Assembly: GCA_951406725.2 (NCBI GenBank)
Contig: OX597826.1
Span: forward strand, 41,540,001-41,604,000
Length of the DNA: 64,000 nucleotides
From: Octopus vulgaris
Taxonomy: Eukaryota
Reading direction: 5' to 3'
Shown here: positions 1-15,013 of the stretch, in pieces
Numbering within the stretch: position 1 is the first letter of the stretch
How the letters are laid out: every line of letters begins with the position of its first letter
Made by a program: the position numbers and the translations under genes
Notes under the pieces: generated by a model
Seen by the model: only the letters and a program-made list of their open reading frames with translations
Told to the model about the DNA's origin: nothing
The model's database searches: none

Positions 1-365
1 AGGTGTTGAATAAGGAGGCGGACACTTGTATATATAGAGAGGATTGCGGCTTCTTGGATGTAAGTTGGGATCTGGTCAACCCCGGGTGGCTCGTTTGGGT
101 GGGTGGGTACCTTGATTTGAAAGACCTGGTGACCTCAAGTTATATCACAGATGATTTGTCTCTACTCATCCTGGAAGTACATCTTGCATATACATCTTGC
201 ATACACACACGCAGACATATAGATATGTTTGTGTGTATGCGCACGCGTTGTGTGTGTGTGTGTGTGTGTGTGTGTGCATATGTTGTGTGTGTGTGCGTGC
301 ATGTGCATATGTTGTGTGTGTGCATGTGCTGTGTGTGTGGGATTATCAAAGAATAGAATACTAAC

Positions 366-467
366 AATTGGAAGCACTCTGGTGCGTTCCTTCCTTGTAC
401 ATTCCTCATCAAGTGGAATATGGTAATGCGACAGTTTCTCGGGGACAAGCGACATCGATACCGCCAT
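366..467 (-). CDS. Candidate first coding exon A (34 aa, MAVSMSLVPEKLSHYHIPLDEECTRKERTRVLPI) of an unidentified gene continuing beyond the left edge
   Basis: ATG in good context (GAAATGG) at 467, non-repetitive codons, exactly 34 codons, then a GTTAGT donor starting at 365 (phase 0). A purine-rich non-repetitive leader lies upstream, with a TCAGTT initiator-like motif near 1313-1318. No family recognised. Confidence 0.45.
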
Positions 468-1361
468 TTCTCAGATGTAGTTTTTAAAGAATATTCTTTG
501 AAGAAAAACAGTTTTTTGAATTATTCTCGTTTTATCGTTACTGTCTTTCCCCCTTCGTTCTTTCTTTCGTTTTTTTTTCTCTCTCTACTTATTAAAACAT
601 CCCCTCTTTTCTTTTTGTTTTATGCGATTGTTTTTGTTGATCCTTGCTGATTTTGTATGCAAATATTTTAAAATAATCCTCTTTAGGTTTTATTGTTGGT
701 CTTTGTTTAAATATAAACGAAAATAATTGCAATAATAATAATAACAACAATAATAATATGATGATGATAATAATAATTTTCGCGGTATGAATATTTCCAG
801 ATATTTTCCGATTTGATCCGATTCTCTTAATAATAATGTTTGTTGTATTTCGTTTCCTTGTACGTATCCGTTCCTAATGTTTGATATCCAACAGCAGACG
901 ACCTGAACTTATGGTGAAACTTTAACCACAGTGTACATTTGTGTATATATATATATTTCAGGTGTGTATACATATCTATGTACACAAATGGATGTTGTAA
1001 TATTCATGCCGTTCCCCAAAAAACAATAATGTAGCTAGGATGAAGTGATTAGTTTCTCCGCAGCCGTTTTCTTTGTTCTCCTTCCTTGATGTTTGGTCTT
1101 AAGGATACAAAAATGCACTTTTGTGCATGTTTGTGTATATATGTGTGTATTTTTTGTTTGACATTGTCTGTGTGTGATTGTGCATATGTCACAATTGCAT
1201 TTGTTTATGCGTGAGTGCATATGCAGCGGAAATATATTTTTTTAAATGAAAAATTTAAGTGTGTGAACGTCTATAACTGGCAGAGGAACGGAGAGGAGGC
1301 CACTGGCAAGTAACTGACATGCGTGACTGCAAACGTCCAACTGCATCACAACAGCAGCCGA

Positions 1362-1411
<50 letters not shown>

Positions 1412-1593
1412 TCCCATCACTCTGAACAGCATATCTTCCTCATCTTCACCCATTCCTCATTCTCCTCTCCTTATAATTTTCATCACGGCCGTCGTCGCCA
1501 TCATCATCATCATCATCATCATAATCATCATCGTCGTCATCGTCATAATCCTCACCAATATATAAATGCCAATCAGGCAACAACAACAACAGC

Positions 1594-1640
<47 letters not shown>

Positions 1641-2249
1641 CCTAAGTATGTAAGTAATCAAGCACCTGAGCCTTATCCGAACGTAACCCTAACTGAGCCG
1701 CCGCGACCTTCACATCGTGATCTAACGCACTTTATGGGAAGCACGTGATATATTTGACCGTATAAACTAAATCAGAGGAGGATCAAGTAATCCTATCATA
1801 ATAGATATACTTGTTGTTGTTGTTGTTGCTGTTGCGATTGTTGTTGTTGATGTTATTGTTGTTGTTGTTGTTATTGACCATATTTAAATCCGATCAAAAT
1901 GTACCGAGTACCTGTCAATATTTTGTGTGTGTGTGTGTGTACGGTTATGCATACGTACACACACATATGCATACATGTACACACACACACACTCTCATGT
2001 ATGTATATGTATACACATACATAAATATATATTTGAGCTTAACCAATATGGTCTGGTTTCAAATATTATACATACATACACACATACACACATACACAGA
2101 ACACATATAAACACGTACACACACACAGATTTTGGTGAGTCCTTGACTGGAATATTGCCCAATTCATGAAGTATAACCATAACCACAAAGTAAAACTAAA
2201 CTCTTTAATCCCAGATGATCGATATAATAAAAAGCTCTGTCGCAATAAT

Positions 2250-2627
<378 letters not shown>

Positions 2628-2629
2628 GT

Positions 2630-2815
2630 TTTTGATGGGAGGGTTTAATTAATACTATCGACTCCAGTACTTGTTTGGTACTTTATTGTATCGACCTCTA
2701 AGGGATGCAAAGCAAAGTTAACTACGGCGGGATTTGAACTGAGAACGTAAAGGTATGCAACCAAATAATGAAAGGCATTTTTGTTCGTACTAGCAACCCA
2801 GTTAATCCGCAATAA
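2630..2815 (-). mobile_element. Degenerate SINE family B copy
   Basis: Similarity to the 17316 element (GATTTGAACT.AGAACGTAA, ATCGACC, CAAAGCAAAGT on + strand). Confidence 0.6.
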
Positions 2816-2978
2816 TGGCAATACATCATGATGATAATGATGATGATGTTGATGCTGTGATAAGCTTGACCGCTGCACGTACACATATTTACACCCCACC
2901 CCCACACGCACACGCACACACACCGCGCGCGCGAATGCTCACAGATATATATATATATATATTTGCATATACCTGTAC

Positions 2979-3018
<40 letters not shown>

Positions 3019-3044
3019 ACATAGAATACGTATGCGTATGTACG

Positions 3045-3117
<73 letters not shown>

Positions 3118-3424
3118 GTCTGTCTGTCTGTCTGTCTGTCTGTCAGTCTGTCTGCCTGTTTGTCTGTCAGTCTGTCTGTCTGTTTATCTATCTATATTAG
3201 TGTATGTGTGTGAATTTATAAACATCTCAAGCATAACACGCATTGTGTCTGCATTGAAGTACATGCATACCTGTACTGAAGTACATGTATGTATGTATGT
3301 ATGTATGTATGTATGTATGTATGTATGTATATATGTGTGTGTGTATTGTTTATGAGCATAAACGGTATAGTGGGGTCGTACAGACAACCAATCACACATT
3401 ACTTCTCACGCACACACGCACACA

Positions 3425-3463
<39 letters not shown>

Positions 3464-4811
3464 GCACACACACACACATACTGAGTATTGTGGTGATTGG
3501 TTGTCTGTCTCTGCTCCCCCAGACATCCAGCCCCCACCAAGCCCCACCAAGCCCCTTATCCTCATAAACAATACACCAGTATTTCAGTAGTATTGCCCCA
3601 GATATGGTGAATATTTGGGTCATATTTTACAGGGCATGAAGGGGTCTCTTTGAAGGGAGAAAGCAACCTTTATTATCAGAAATGGTAATGATAATGGTTG
3701 TTGTTGTAGTGGTGGTGGTGTTGGTGTTGTACTGAAGAAGAGATATCACTTGGGAAGTATCAACACTAAATTCACAAGTGGCCCTTAAATTGATATGACG
3801 ATGTATACATATGTATTCATATTCATATATATATATATATATATGCGTATCAGTATAAGCGTGTGTGTGTTATTTAGTAATAGATTTGTGTGGGGTACTT
3901 TGACACTCTCTTAGTTTCCTTTTCCATACATACACACAGAGAAACACGTACACACACGCACACACACACGTACGTACACACACACACACACGCACACACA
4001 ACAGTCATGAAAAAAAAAAAAAGAAATGATTTTGGAATTCCAATTCCCGTTTTATCACCAAAAATAGAACACTGGCTTCTGAACCTTTTCTCTCTCGCTC
4101 TCCCCCTTCCTGTCGTTGTATTTCCTTGTTTCATTCTCCGCCCCACCCTCCCACCACGTTTCCCTTAATGTCGCCCCTAAACTCCAAAGAAGGGCTCTTA
4201 AAACTGTTACTTTACTCTGGTTTGATACACACTGAATTCCGATTAACAGATAAAAAACTTCCTCTCGCATCTTGGATGCAGTTGTTTAAGAACGGAGACA
4301 CTACATGGCCCTCTCGACTCGCTAAACGTAGTAGCCAAATACCCCTAAAATCACTTCCAAATATCTTGAAAAAAGAAAATGAATAAAATAAAGCGCGCAG
4401 CGGGTTCGATAGTAATTGATATGCACGAATAGAGCGCGATATTGAGGAGAGTGACATGTAGGACGCTTTTCAGGTGTATTGAACAAAACATGGAATTGAG
4501 TTATTAGAATTTCAACAAAAAACGTTTGGAAGGGAAGTTTGAGGTTATAATCTCATAATCTCATAATCAATGGTCTTAATTATTCTTTAATCATGCCCTG
4601 TGTCATTTCTTGACCCTATTGATGCTTACCGTTTTCTGCTCTTCTTTCTAGACTTTCTTGAGTACCTAAGTAGTGGAGGCCAAGCGATTTAGTTTCAACC
4701 GGGATGCGAAACCTTATTAAGGAGATTCCTTTTAACTAATTTTAGTTCTTCACACACACACAATATATATATGTATATATATATATACATATGTGTGTGG
4801 TGTGTATTTGT

Positions 4812-4988
4812 ATTAAATTATGTTCACAATTTTAAAGCAAGTTTAAGGCAAACAATTCACCATTAGCTTATATTCAAGGTAAAGACAAGTTTATAATAAA
4901 CTCCCTTTAATCTGGGACGTTAAGGTTCGCCTGACGGCTTATTCATCCACTTTTCTCGAATAAATTGTCAGGAGAAGCTTAAGCCCGG

Positions 4989-4991
<3 letters not shown>
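4812..4991. mobile_element. Foldback fragment abutting (TA)n, probable Penelope-like terminal hairpin
   Basis: Imperfect inverted repeat 4909-4991 (AATCTGGG..TTAAGGTTC.CCTGAC..TTATTC / GAATAA..GTCAGG.GAAGCTTAA.CCCGGATT) ending directly at a (TA)n tract. Confidence 0.45.
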
Positions 4992-5046
<55 letters not shown>

Positions 5047-5510
5047 GTGTGGTTGTGTGTGTGCGCGAGCGGCAGTTGTACAGAAACTAAACGAAAGTTT
5101 GTTTAAAAGTCAAAGTTAAGAGGACTTGTATTACGTTTAGTTAAGGCCTTCTATCTCCCTCTATATTAAAATTAATTCTAAACTTTCCTAATATAGCATA
5201 GGTCTTCATCAAGTTTCCAAATGATGAACAACAAAAAAAGGGATTTGAGCAACGGAATTTTGAATTGATTCACACATTATGTGTTGTTAGACGTTTCATG
5301 GCGACTTTCAACAAAAAAAAAAAAAAGCGGGGTTTAAAAGAAAAGCAGACCAATAAATAATTAAATAAAAAAAAATGAAAGATATTTCTGCGTGTGTGGC
5401 CTAGAAAAAGGATTTTTATATATAGTTTAGCTGATATAACTGAAAGGTCAGCGAAATAGCAGCTTACATATTTTGAACTTCATTTCAGTAATCCGCTACT
5501 TCTAATTAGG

Positions 5511-5904
<394 letters not shown>

Positions 5905-5964
5905 TTCTGCTGGTTAGTCACAATCGTTTCAGTTGAATGATGTTTCAATGATCTGGTTATATAT

Positions 5965-6061
5965 AGGTCGATAAAATTTAGTACCAGTTACGTACTGGGT
6001 CGATGTAATCGACTTAATCCCTTTCCCCAAAATTTGTGGCCTTAGGCTTCCAGTAGAAAGG

Positions 6062-6103
<42 letters not shown>

Positions 6104-6136
6104 TTTTTTTTTTTATTATTATTATTAACAATGATA

Positions 6137-6188
<52 letters not shown>

Positions 6189-6320
6189 TTATGATTTCAA
6201 TTTTTGCCACAAAGGCAGCAATTTTGGTGAAGGGAACGAGTGTTCAACTGGTACTTATTTTATCGACCCCAAAAGGATGAAACGCGAAGATGACTTGAGC
6301 GGGATTCGAACCTAAAGGGC
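5965..6320. mobile_element. Two SINE family B 3' fragments in opposite orientation (5965-6062 +, 6190-6320 -) separated by (ATT)n/(AAT)n
   Basis: GGTCGATAAA..AGTACCAGTT..CTGGGTCGATGTAATCGACT module on + and its reverse complement on -. Confidence 0.65.
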
Positions 6321-6421
6321 GGAAAGATACCACTAACTACTACTGTCTGGTCTTTATTCAGATGCTCTACCATTTCTGGTGCACCAAATATTCTCCAACA
6401 CACACACACGTAGACACACAC

Positions 6422-6508
<87 letters not shown>

Positions 6509-6854
6509 TTCAAAATACATAGACATACACATTATTAAGAACTTTGCATAAAGTTGCAACCAGTGGCTGCACTCCCTCCTGTAATTCCTTACCAGAGTGC
6601 AACAAGCCTATCCTGCACTGAAATCTGGACTGCATTAAATTGTACAACTGTACTGAGTGCGGCGTCAACTTGCAAACTTTCATTGCAGAAATTAATTTCA
6701 TTGGCTGCTGGTTAGTTATGAACGACTACATCGACGACGACTACGACGACGACCAGCACCACCACTATCATGTATGTATATATATATATATATATATATA
6801 AATATATATATATACACATACACTTATGCACACATACGCACGCACACACACTCA

Positions 6855-6888
<34 letters not shown>

Positions 6889-7005
6889 AATTGAGATAGG
6901 GGTTGCAAATGCAACCCTCCATGGGATAACATATATCCAATATACTGCCAGTGATTATCTGGTAATTGATATTTGATTTAGATGTATTTCTCCATTTTCT
7001 TATCT

Positions 7006-7045
<40 letters not shown>

Positions 7046-7140
7046 CATACACATATATCTATATTCATGCATATATGCTTAGTGTATATGTATGTATATA
7101 TATACGTATGTATGTATGTATGTATTATGTATGTATGTAC

Positions 7141-7227
<87 letters not shown>

Positions 7228-7713
7228 CCTATCTATACACACGCATACATATACCTTTCATGCATACGAACACACAAATATAAACGCACATGTCGTTCTA
7301 CAGCTATTAATCTTAGTTGATCGACTGCACCAGTGGAGTCCCGCTAAAAGATGCAGAGTCGTTACACACACACACACACACACACACTCTCTCTCTCTCT
7401 CTCACACACCACACACACACTCTCTCTCTCACACACATACGCGCACTCATACATTCTCGCACACGCACATTCTCGCTCTCTCTCCCTCTATCTCTCTCTA
7501 TCAATCTATCAATATATATACTACAATGTGTTAATTCACTTCCTATTTGTAAACAAACACACACACACGTTATGACACGTGATTATACACGAGGGTTATA
7601 CACACCTACATACATACATACATACATACAGACATGCCTACCTACTTACATACATACATACATACATATTCCTTTGTTTTCCCTCTTCCTGTCAAAGGGG
7701 AGATCCTGTAAGG

Positions 7714-7723
7714 CTATTTTTAG
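7714..7723. promoter_or_regulatory. Canonical MEF2-type site CTATTTTTAG
   Basis: Exact match to YTA(W)4TAR (reverse complement CTAAAAATAG), in palindromic flanks GGCTATTTTTAGCC within unique sequence. Confidence 0.35.
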
Positions 7724-8012
7724 CCTAAATAACCCGTCTCCGTCGCAGGCGAAGCCGCAGCAGCAGTAGCAGCAGCCGGTGTGACAACAGCAGCAATCAA
7801 CACCACCACAAAAAAACAAAAAAAAAAAACCAGCTTTATTTCGTATTATCCACGCTGCAGTCGTACGTGGACTTCACCTGCTAGAAATAGCAACTATCGA
7901 ATACGAAAATGGGGAAATACCCCCATTAACAGTGGCGTTGGTGTTGATGTTGATGGTGGTGAAACGGTCTTCAAGGAAACGAAACTATATACATATGTGT
8001 GTGTGTGTTTGT

Positions 8013-8067
<55 letters not shown>

Positions 8068-8642
8068 CGTGTGTGTGTACTTATGTTGAGTGCTTTAATG
8101 CCCCATAACCTGACATTCGGGCAAACAGAGAAAGTTAAACAAAGTCGCTGACAGAAGTGAAAACTGCAGATCGATATTATCGACCGAAAACGTCCCCCAA
8201 AAGCTTTTGCTCCAGTATGACCGCAACCCGATCATTTTTTTAACCCAGTAAAAAAAAGAAATAGAATATGATTACACACACACACACGCAAGCACGCACA
8301 CCCCCACCCCACCCCACAAACCAGGAGTGGTGGGAGGAAATATAGGAAAGGAGGTTTGCCCAGACTGACAATTTGTAAACAGAAAGTACGACCACCAGTA
8401 ACAGGTGGTCACGTCGTTGTTGTTGTTGTTGTTCTTGTTGTGTTCCAAAAGGCAAAATGTTACTAGCGTTTGTATGGAGAGAGCGAATGAAAAGGAGATG
8501 TCTAATAAACACTGACAACAGCTCATCATCATCACCAGCACCAGCACCTCCACAACCATCGGCATCACCGTTTGTAAAGTGGTACTAACTTCTTGCCGTA
8601 ATACATAACAATAAAAGTTATCTGTATATGTATATATATATT

Positions 8643-8705
<63 letters not shown>

Positions 8706-8709
<4 letters not shown>

Positions 8710-8856
8710 AGATTATCATAAGTACTTACTTTTGATAATCGTTTTTAAAAAAGTGAAACCGGTCAAGTCAATAAACATCTTTAAAAGACCTCTGCATTTT
8801 CAAACTCTCTTTCCTATATATTTTCACTCGTGCGGTACCTTGCAAATTTACCTTGT
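8706..8856 (+). mobile_element. Penelope-like 3' fragment: short foldback plus 3' half of a hammerhead (GAAACCGGTC)
   Basis: Hairpin 8706-8745 (GATTATCATAAGTA / TACTTTTGATAATC) directly after (TA)n; GAAA-CCGG-TC at 8755-8764 with palindromic ACCGGT stem III; CUGANGA half absent. Confidence 0.45.
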
Positions 8857-8861
8857 TATAT

Positions 8862-8899
<38 letters not shown>

Positions 8900-9246
8900 G
8901 CATTTTCCCCTTACTTTCCTCATACCTTTTGCACGTGTAGTTTCTATTTTCTTTAACAGGCACTGAGTAGATCCAAACAATAAAAAGTTAATTAAGTAAA
9001 ATAAAATTAATTAAATTGTTTTCTAAAGGTATAATGACTTGAAATTCGAATAAATTGCATTGCGTCATCTCAACGACACATAATTTCTCCAAAAACGTCA
9101 GTAAATTCTAAAGGTCTTTCCAATAACAAGCATATTCTTGGAATAATTCTTCGGTAATTTCAACTTTTGCTGCCTGTTTGGTCGTTGTAATCGCGGATAT
9201 TGGTCCAGCGATCTGCTAGACCGTACACTGTTTTTTTTTTTTCTCC

Positions 9247-9287
<41 letters not shown>

Positions 9288-9839
9288 GGTACTTGAAATT
9301 CCTTTAAAAAGTAGATAATTGCAGTATTTCTACTTTAGTCTAATTTTTTTCACAAAAGAAATTAATTTTGAATTATCATTTGAAGACCCCCGTGTCTGCG
9401 CGTAACGCACACACACACAACCGCACTCGTATGAAATCAAGTCTGTTCTATGTATAATTAAATACTAAAGAAAATTACTAGAGTATCAGATTTATTTATC
9501 TTTACATGGAAAAACTTGGTCGGCACTTCGCTTTGTCAAACCACTCCTCTCATTTCGTATATGTATATATATATATATATTTATGTGTGTGCGTGTGTGC
9601 ACTGTTATACTCAGGCACTGAATGCAGCAAGAACAGCTGGGCCAGGAAAAGTCTGCAGTTTTATTTTGTTAAATTGCGTGTTTTATAATTGACTCAAGTA
9701 GGAAGCGAGTTTGCTGCCCGAGTGTGTCTGTTTTCCTTATGTGACAGATCCATGTAAACACTTGTGTGTGCAGCAGTAGTATTACCCCCCTCCTTACGAA
9801 CACACATACATATACATATATGTACGTATATATATATAT

Positions 9840-9915
<76 letters not shown>

Positions 9916-10517
9916 TGTCGTACATGCAATTACACTGAGAAAGCAGTGAGGGAAGGAGAGCGAGAAGGAGGGAGAGAGAGAAAGAGAGGAGGAGGAGCCG
10001 CCGTGTTATCGTTTAACTTGTTAGAAATAGAAGTTGAAATCTGACTCATTTCACATGTTACTAAGGAAGATGCATTTGACACTTGTGGTCCCTGACGTGA
10101 CTAGAAAAAGCTGTCGCAATCATAGATCATAAGCCTGCTTGATTGAGGATGACCAGGGGTTAAATAACCACAACAGCCCGAGTAGCAACAATCATACTTT
10201 CATATCAAAACATGAAATTATGAAAAAAAAAAAAAAAAAAATGATAAAAATAAAAAATGAAATTAATTAATATAAAATTCAATTTGAAATCGGGCACTTG
10301 CTAGTTTTAGTTTCCGTTTGAAAAGTTTTGTCAACTTAGTTTTAACTACTATCGTCTTAATTAATCATTCGGTTCTGCTGAGTGTGTATGCGTTTTCTTT
10401 TTTATTTTATTGCATGTTCCATGCGGTAATGTTACAACTTATGCATAATACCAGCACCAGCACCACCAGCACCACACACACATATAATTAATACATACAT
10501 ACATACATACATATATA

Positions 10518-10711
10518 GTTTTTGGATTTGGTTTGCAAGATTCTTTATGTGAGTTCCTGTGTTGAAGCATATTCTGTTGTGTCTGCGGAGAGTCGTTCTC
10601 TTTTGGTGCTGCCTTATAATTCAACACACTCGAAATAAGTGGAAACTTTACCGGTGAGTGTGTTAAATTATAAGAAGGCACCAAAAGAGAAATGGCTCTC
10701 CCCAGACACAA

Positions 10712-10716
<5 letters not shown>
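10518..10716. mobile_element. Foldback element abutting (TA)n, related to the 23630/44290 family
   Basis: Inverted repeat 10574-10714 (CTGTTGTGTCTG..TTTTGGTGC..CTTATAATT.AACACACTC / GAGTGTGTT.AATTATAAG..GCACCAAAA..CAGACACAACAG); flank TGCAAGATTCTTTATGTGAG..TGTGTTGAA matches 23637-23670. Confidence 0.6.
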
Positions 10717-10800
<84 letters not shown>

Positions 10801-10818
10801 TATGTATATATACATATA

Positions 10819-10919
<101 letters not shown>

Positions 10920-11249
10920 GCACGCACTTATATTTTCCCCGTGGTGATGTAAAGAGAAAAGTAGAATTAATTACAAAATATTCGTACAGATTGACACGAG
11001 ATCGGTATTCTGGATTAAACGAATGCGAACGATTATAAGAGAAGCATATGCACATATGCACATATGCACAAATACATACGTATAAACATATATACGTATG
11101 ATGCAATACACACATGCACAGCCAGCCAGTCAGCCAGTCAGCCAACCAGTCAACCATGCATATGCACAGCTAGATACTGAGTTTTATGCATGCAATGTGC
11201 AATCATAGTTTATATACATTAAGTGTATACTCATCTGGTATATTACTGG

Positions 11250-11316
<67 letters not shown>

Positions 11317-11321
11317 CTCAC

Positions 11322-11358
<37 letters not shown>

Positions 11359-11568
11359 ATATATATATATATACATACTTATTTAGTGTTGTAATAATGA
11401 GGCTGTTGACAATCTGATGTACTCTAAATTCAAACATGCAAGATACCATATGAGATGGCATACAAAAATAATATTGTGGAAAGTCAAGAAAAATAATTTT
11501 CTGGCGCAACATTGATATTTTGTTTATATACACATATATACATGCATTCAAATGTACATAGTTTTGTA

Positions 11569-11654
<86 letters not shown>

Positions 11655-11659
11655 CCCTA

Positions 11660-11692
<33 letters not shown>

Positions 11693-11708
11693 CCTCTCTA
11701 TCTCTCAC

Positions 11709-11789
<81 letters not shown>

Positions 11790-12111
11790 TTATATATCGA
11801 TCTGTCTGTCTGTCTGTCTATTTATACATACAGATACGTAAACATATACATATGTATGTGCGTGTCTGTGGTGTGCATGTATGTATTTGTTAGTGTGTGT
11901 TTGGACGCTGTTACAGGAGTTTGCACGTGAAGAAGAAGAAGAAGAAGAAGAATCCTTTCTACTAAAGGCACAAGGCCTGAAGAAGAAGAAGAAGAAGAAG
12001 AAGTAATGAATGAATAAACTATTGAATAAAATCAATCGAAAATTCAGATTTAAAATGAAAATTGCAAAAGAAAAAAGCAAAGGATAAATAAAAAAGTTTC
12101 TCACTACTTAC

Positions 12112-12423
12112 TCTTTGAAGTTCAAAAGTTTCCTTGTAATGGTCAAATGCTGAGGTAGCACTGCTACTACTGTTTGTATTGTTGGTGTTGGTGTTGGCGC
12201 TAGTGTTATTATTGTTGGTGCTAGCGTTGTTCGCGTTGCTGGTATTAGTATTAATCTTGGCCGTTGTAGTGTTGTTGTTACTGTTGGTATTACTGTTGTT
12301 GTTACTGTTGTTGTTGTTGTTATTTGCACATGTCTTACTGTTAAGAACAGATGAGCTTGTCGTCGTAATTATAGGTTCCAATACTTGTGCCATGTTTGTC
12401 GGTGGTGCTGTGGCCGTTATCAT
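12112..12423 (-). CDS. Candidate first coding exon B (MITATAPPTNMAQVLEPII...poly-N/T...SAFDHYKETFELQR), unidentified gene
   Basis: Open frame with complex N- and C-terminal peptides around a degenerate, mixed-codon Asn/Thr/Ser tract. ATG at 12393 is in strong context (AAACATGG). A perfect GTAAGT donor starts at 12111 after CAA AGA (phase 0). Confidence 0.6.
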
Positions 12424-13140
12424 CCGTTGGTTCCAGGTAAGGAAAGAATACAAGACAGACAGGATGTAATAAGTCTGCTAACAGGTGTATATACTAGACG
12501 CACAATGTTATAGATACGTTAGCATATATGCACATATGCACGCACGAACATACATATATATATATATATATATATGTGTGTGTAAGTGTGCGTATGTATA
12601 TATGTTTTATATTATACAAGTTTCTTGACCGTCTCCCAACGATCGATAAATATTATAATCCGTGTAAAATACTCAGTAAAACAATTTGTTGTAGAACCGT
12701 AAACAAACGTAAAAATTCGATTTTTTTTGTAAATCGGAGAAAAGTTGTTGTCATCCGCGTTCGAGCAACATGTTTGTATATAATGCAGAAATATATGTTT
12801 ATATATATGACAGATCACTTGGAGATCTTGTGCAGTATGTATATATATATATAACAGCTTGTTGTTACAAACACATATATATATATGTGTATATTTACGC
12901 ACTATATATAAAAACAATATTTGGTATCGATACAATTTAGCGTAGCGTATATCGATAAAAATTTATAAACACTGCAAGTGTTGACATAATCGTTATCCAA
13001 ACTAGCAATACGAGGGGATGGTTAATACGAATCCTTAACTCTTGCAAAATGCTAGGAAATAGCAATAGTAATAAACAATATGAATAATAATATTAATTCT
13101 GCGATCCTGCAATGTTTTGGCGAGTGAGCAGGGAGTTATT

Positions 13141-13300
13141 CAATGAACTAGTTTATTATTTAGTGATTCAGTTCAGAATGGAACTGCACATTTCTAGCGT
13201 TCTGTTGTGGTTCACTCTCACACGCTCCATTCTGATTGGCCGGACTATTTTTAGCTGCTATATATATAGGCCTCCACATATAAAGAGCTACCGCCAGTCA
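13141..13300 (-). promoter_or_regulatory. Candidate promoter: CCAAT box, MEF2 site, TATA/CArG-like element
   Basis: CCAATCAG on - (ATTGG 13235-13239), CTAAAAATAG on - (13245-13254), CTATATATATAGG (13258-13270), about 0.8 kb upstream of exon B in unique sequence. Direction is inferred from exon B. Confidence 0.45.
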
Positions 13301-15013
13301 CACTGCCAGATACTTGCCGGCTTTTACACAGTACGGCAGCAGGCAGACGACTAGCAAAGCGCTTCGCCTCACACACACACTCTCTCTCTTTCCTTCAGTC
13401 GAAAAGCCTACTTTAAAAATACATTTATTTATATTTATACAGCCTTATCTTTTAGTCTATCTACCTTCCTTCTCCTGGCTGTTTGTTTACCCCCCCCTCT
13501 CTCTCTCTTGTCTGTCTGATCTTCGACAAAGTACGAGTGTCTCTCTCTTTCCCTCCTGTTCCTGCTCCTCCTCCTCCTCCTCTCTCTGCTTACTTCAATT
13601 AATATATTTGTTCTCCGTTTAATTAGCGCGTGTTTATTGCGCGTTTTCTTTCTCCCTGGCTTCAACACAGTGCATGCGTGTGTGTACATGTATGTAAGCA
13701 TACATGCATGGATGTATGTCTATGTTTATATGTGTATCATGTTTATTCCTGCTGCACGTGTAGTTTTATGTTGATGTTCACAGCCATGACCATCACGACA
13801 TTTTACTGCTGTATCTAGTGTGTCCCCCCCCCTTTTTTTTTTAGATGTTAGGCAGTATTGTCTTAAAGCAAGGGTACACAGGGTAGTTGCCTGGGGGGTT
13901 TCACGGGCCTAGGGGTTCAGTTCTGAATTTATGTACACTGTGACATTCTATCAATAAAATACTATAGTGCCCAGTGCATTGATTTTCCCGGGGGTCATTA
14001 ATGGTTTGAGTGCTAGTGAAGGAAGATTTAGCCGCTATTTCTTGCATATCAGGCGACCACACAGAGATTTCCTTGTGTGAATGTGTTGTTGTGTAACAAC
14101 ACCATGCTAACACTGAATATACTTTCCAACCGCGACCTTCCCATCTTTTTAGTGTCTGCTGGACTACATCATTAAATGCATGTTTATATATTGTAAAGCT
14201 AATAAAATGTAATTTGAAGGGGTTTTTTTTTAACTGCTATTTTTAGCAGGTTGAACGACCATATACAAGTTTCTCGTGCATGTAAGTGATGTGTGTGTGT
14301 GTTGTGTGTGTATGTGTGTGTGCATGTGCATGTGTATGTATGTGTGTGTATGCATATATGTATGTGTGTTGTGTGCGTGTGTATGCAAGTTTTTGTGTAT
14401 GTCGATAACTTAAAGTACTTTTACAGTATAAGTGCGTGTGTACATGTGCGTACTTATATTTAAGTGATTTTGTGATATAGAATGTCATTATTAAGATTGC
14501 TGTTGTTGTGTAACCCTAGGTCAATCCTGATCGAGCAGAGCCAATGATTAAAGACATCCCTGTCATGACCCTTCCAACCTAAATATTATATTATATCAAT
14601 TATGCAAATCCGGAATCTGCAAAAATTTAATCTTTTGAAACACCAACAATAAGAAGGAAGACTCTCAGCGTAATCTTTAATAAGAATGGTCAAGAAGATA
14701 ACGTGGTAGACATGAGATTCCTGGTTCGATTTCACAACAAGGCATTTTGAGCAAATGTTTTTTTTTTTCCCGTACCTTCGGGTCAATCCATGTCTTGTGA
14801 AAGTAACTGGGTCGATGGGACCTATATAAAATCCCGCTGGGTTAATGGTAATTGGAATTCAAAAAGTACAGTATTGTCACAAGCACTGTGTCACGTTGAC
14901 TTAGCTTGAAGATCGCAGTAAAAATAGACCTGTTTCTGGACTATTCAGCCCCTTACATGTAATTCACTGAATGCAACAAGTGAATCTTGATCATGGAAAC
15001 TGATGGAGGACCT

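Noticed and set aside
1-172. Minus-strand acceptor TTCCAG at 171 as the shared exon for exons A/B
   Set aside because: Phase-0 splicing gives GAT GAG TAG (immediate stop) and the pyrimidine tract is weak
1319-1748. Poly-Q/T/H ORFs
   Set aside because: Pure (CAA)n/(CAT)n repeats open in several frames; no splice or domain support
14237-14246. Additional CTATTTTTAG MEF2 matches (also 31331-31340)
   Set aside because: The 14237 site lies in a dispersed degenerate repeat (GCTATTT.TAGCAGG, also near 7880, 14035, 16900, 24580); the 31331 site has a similar GATTTGG flank and no supporting context
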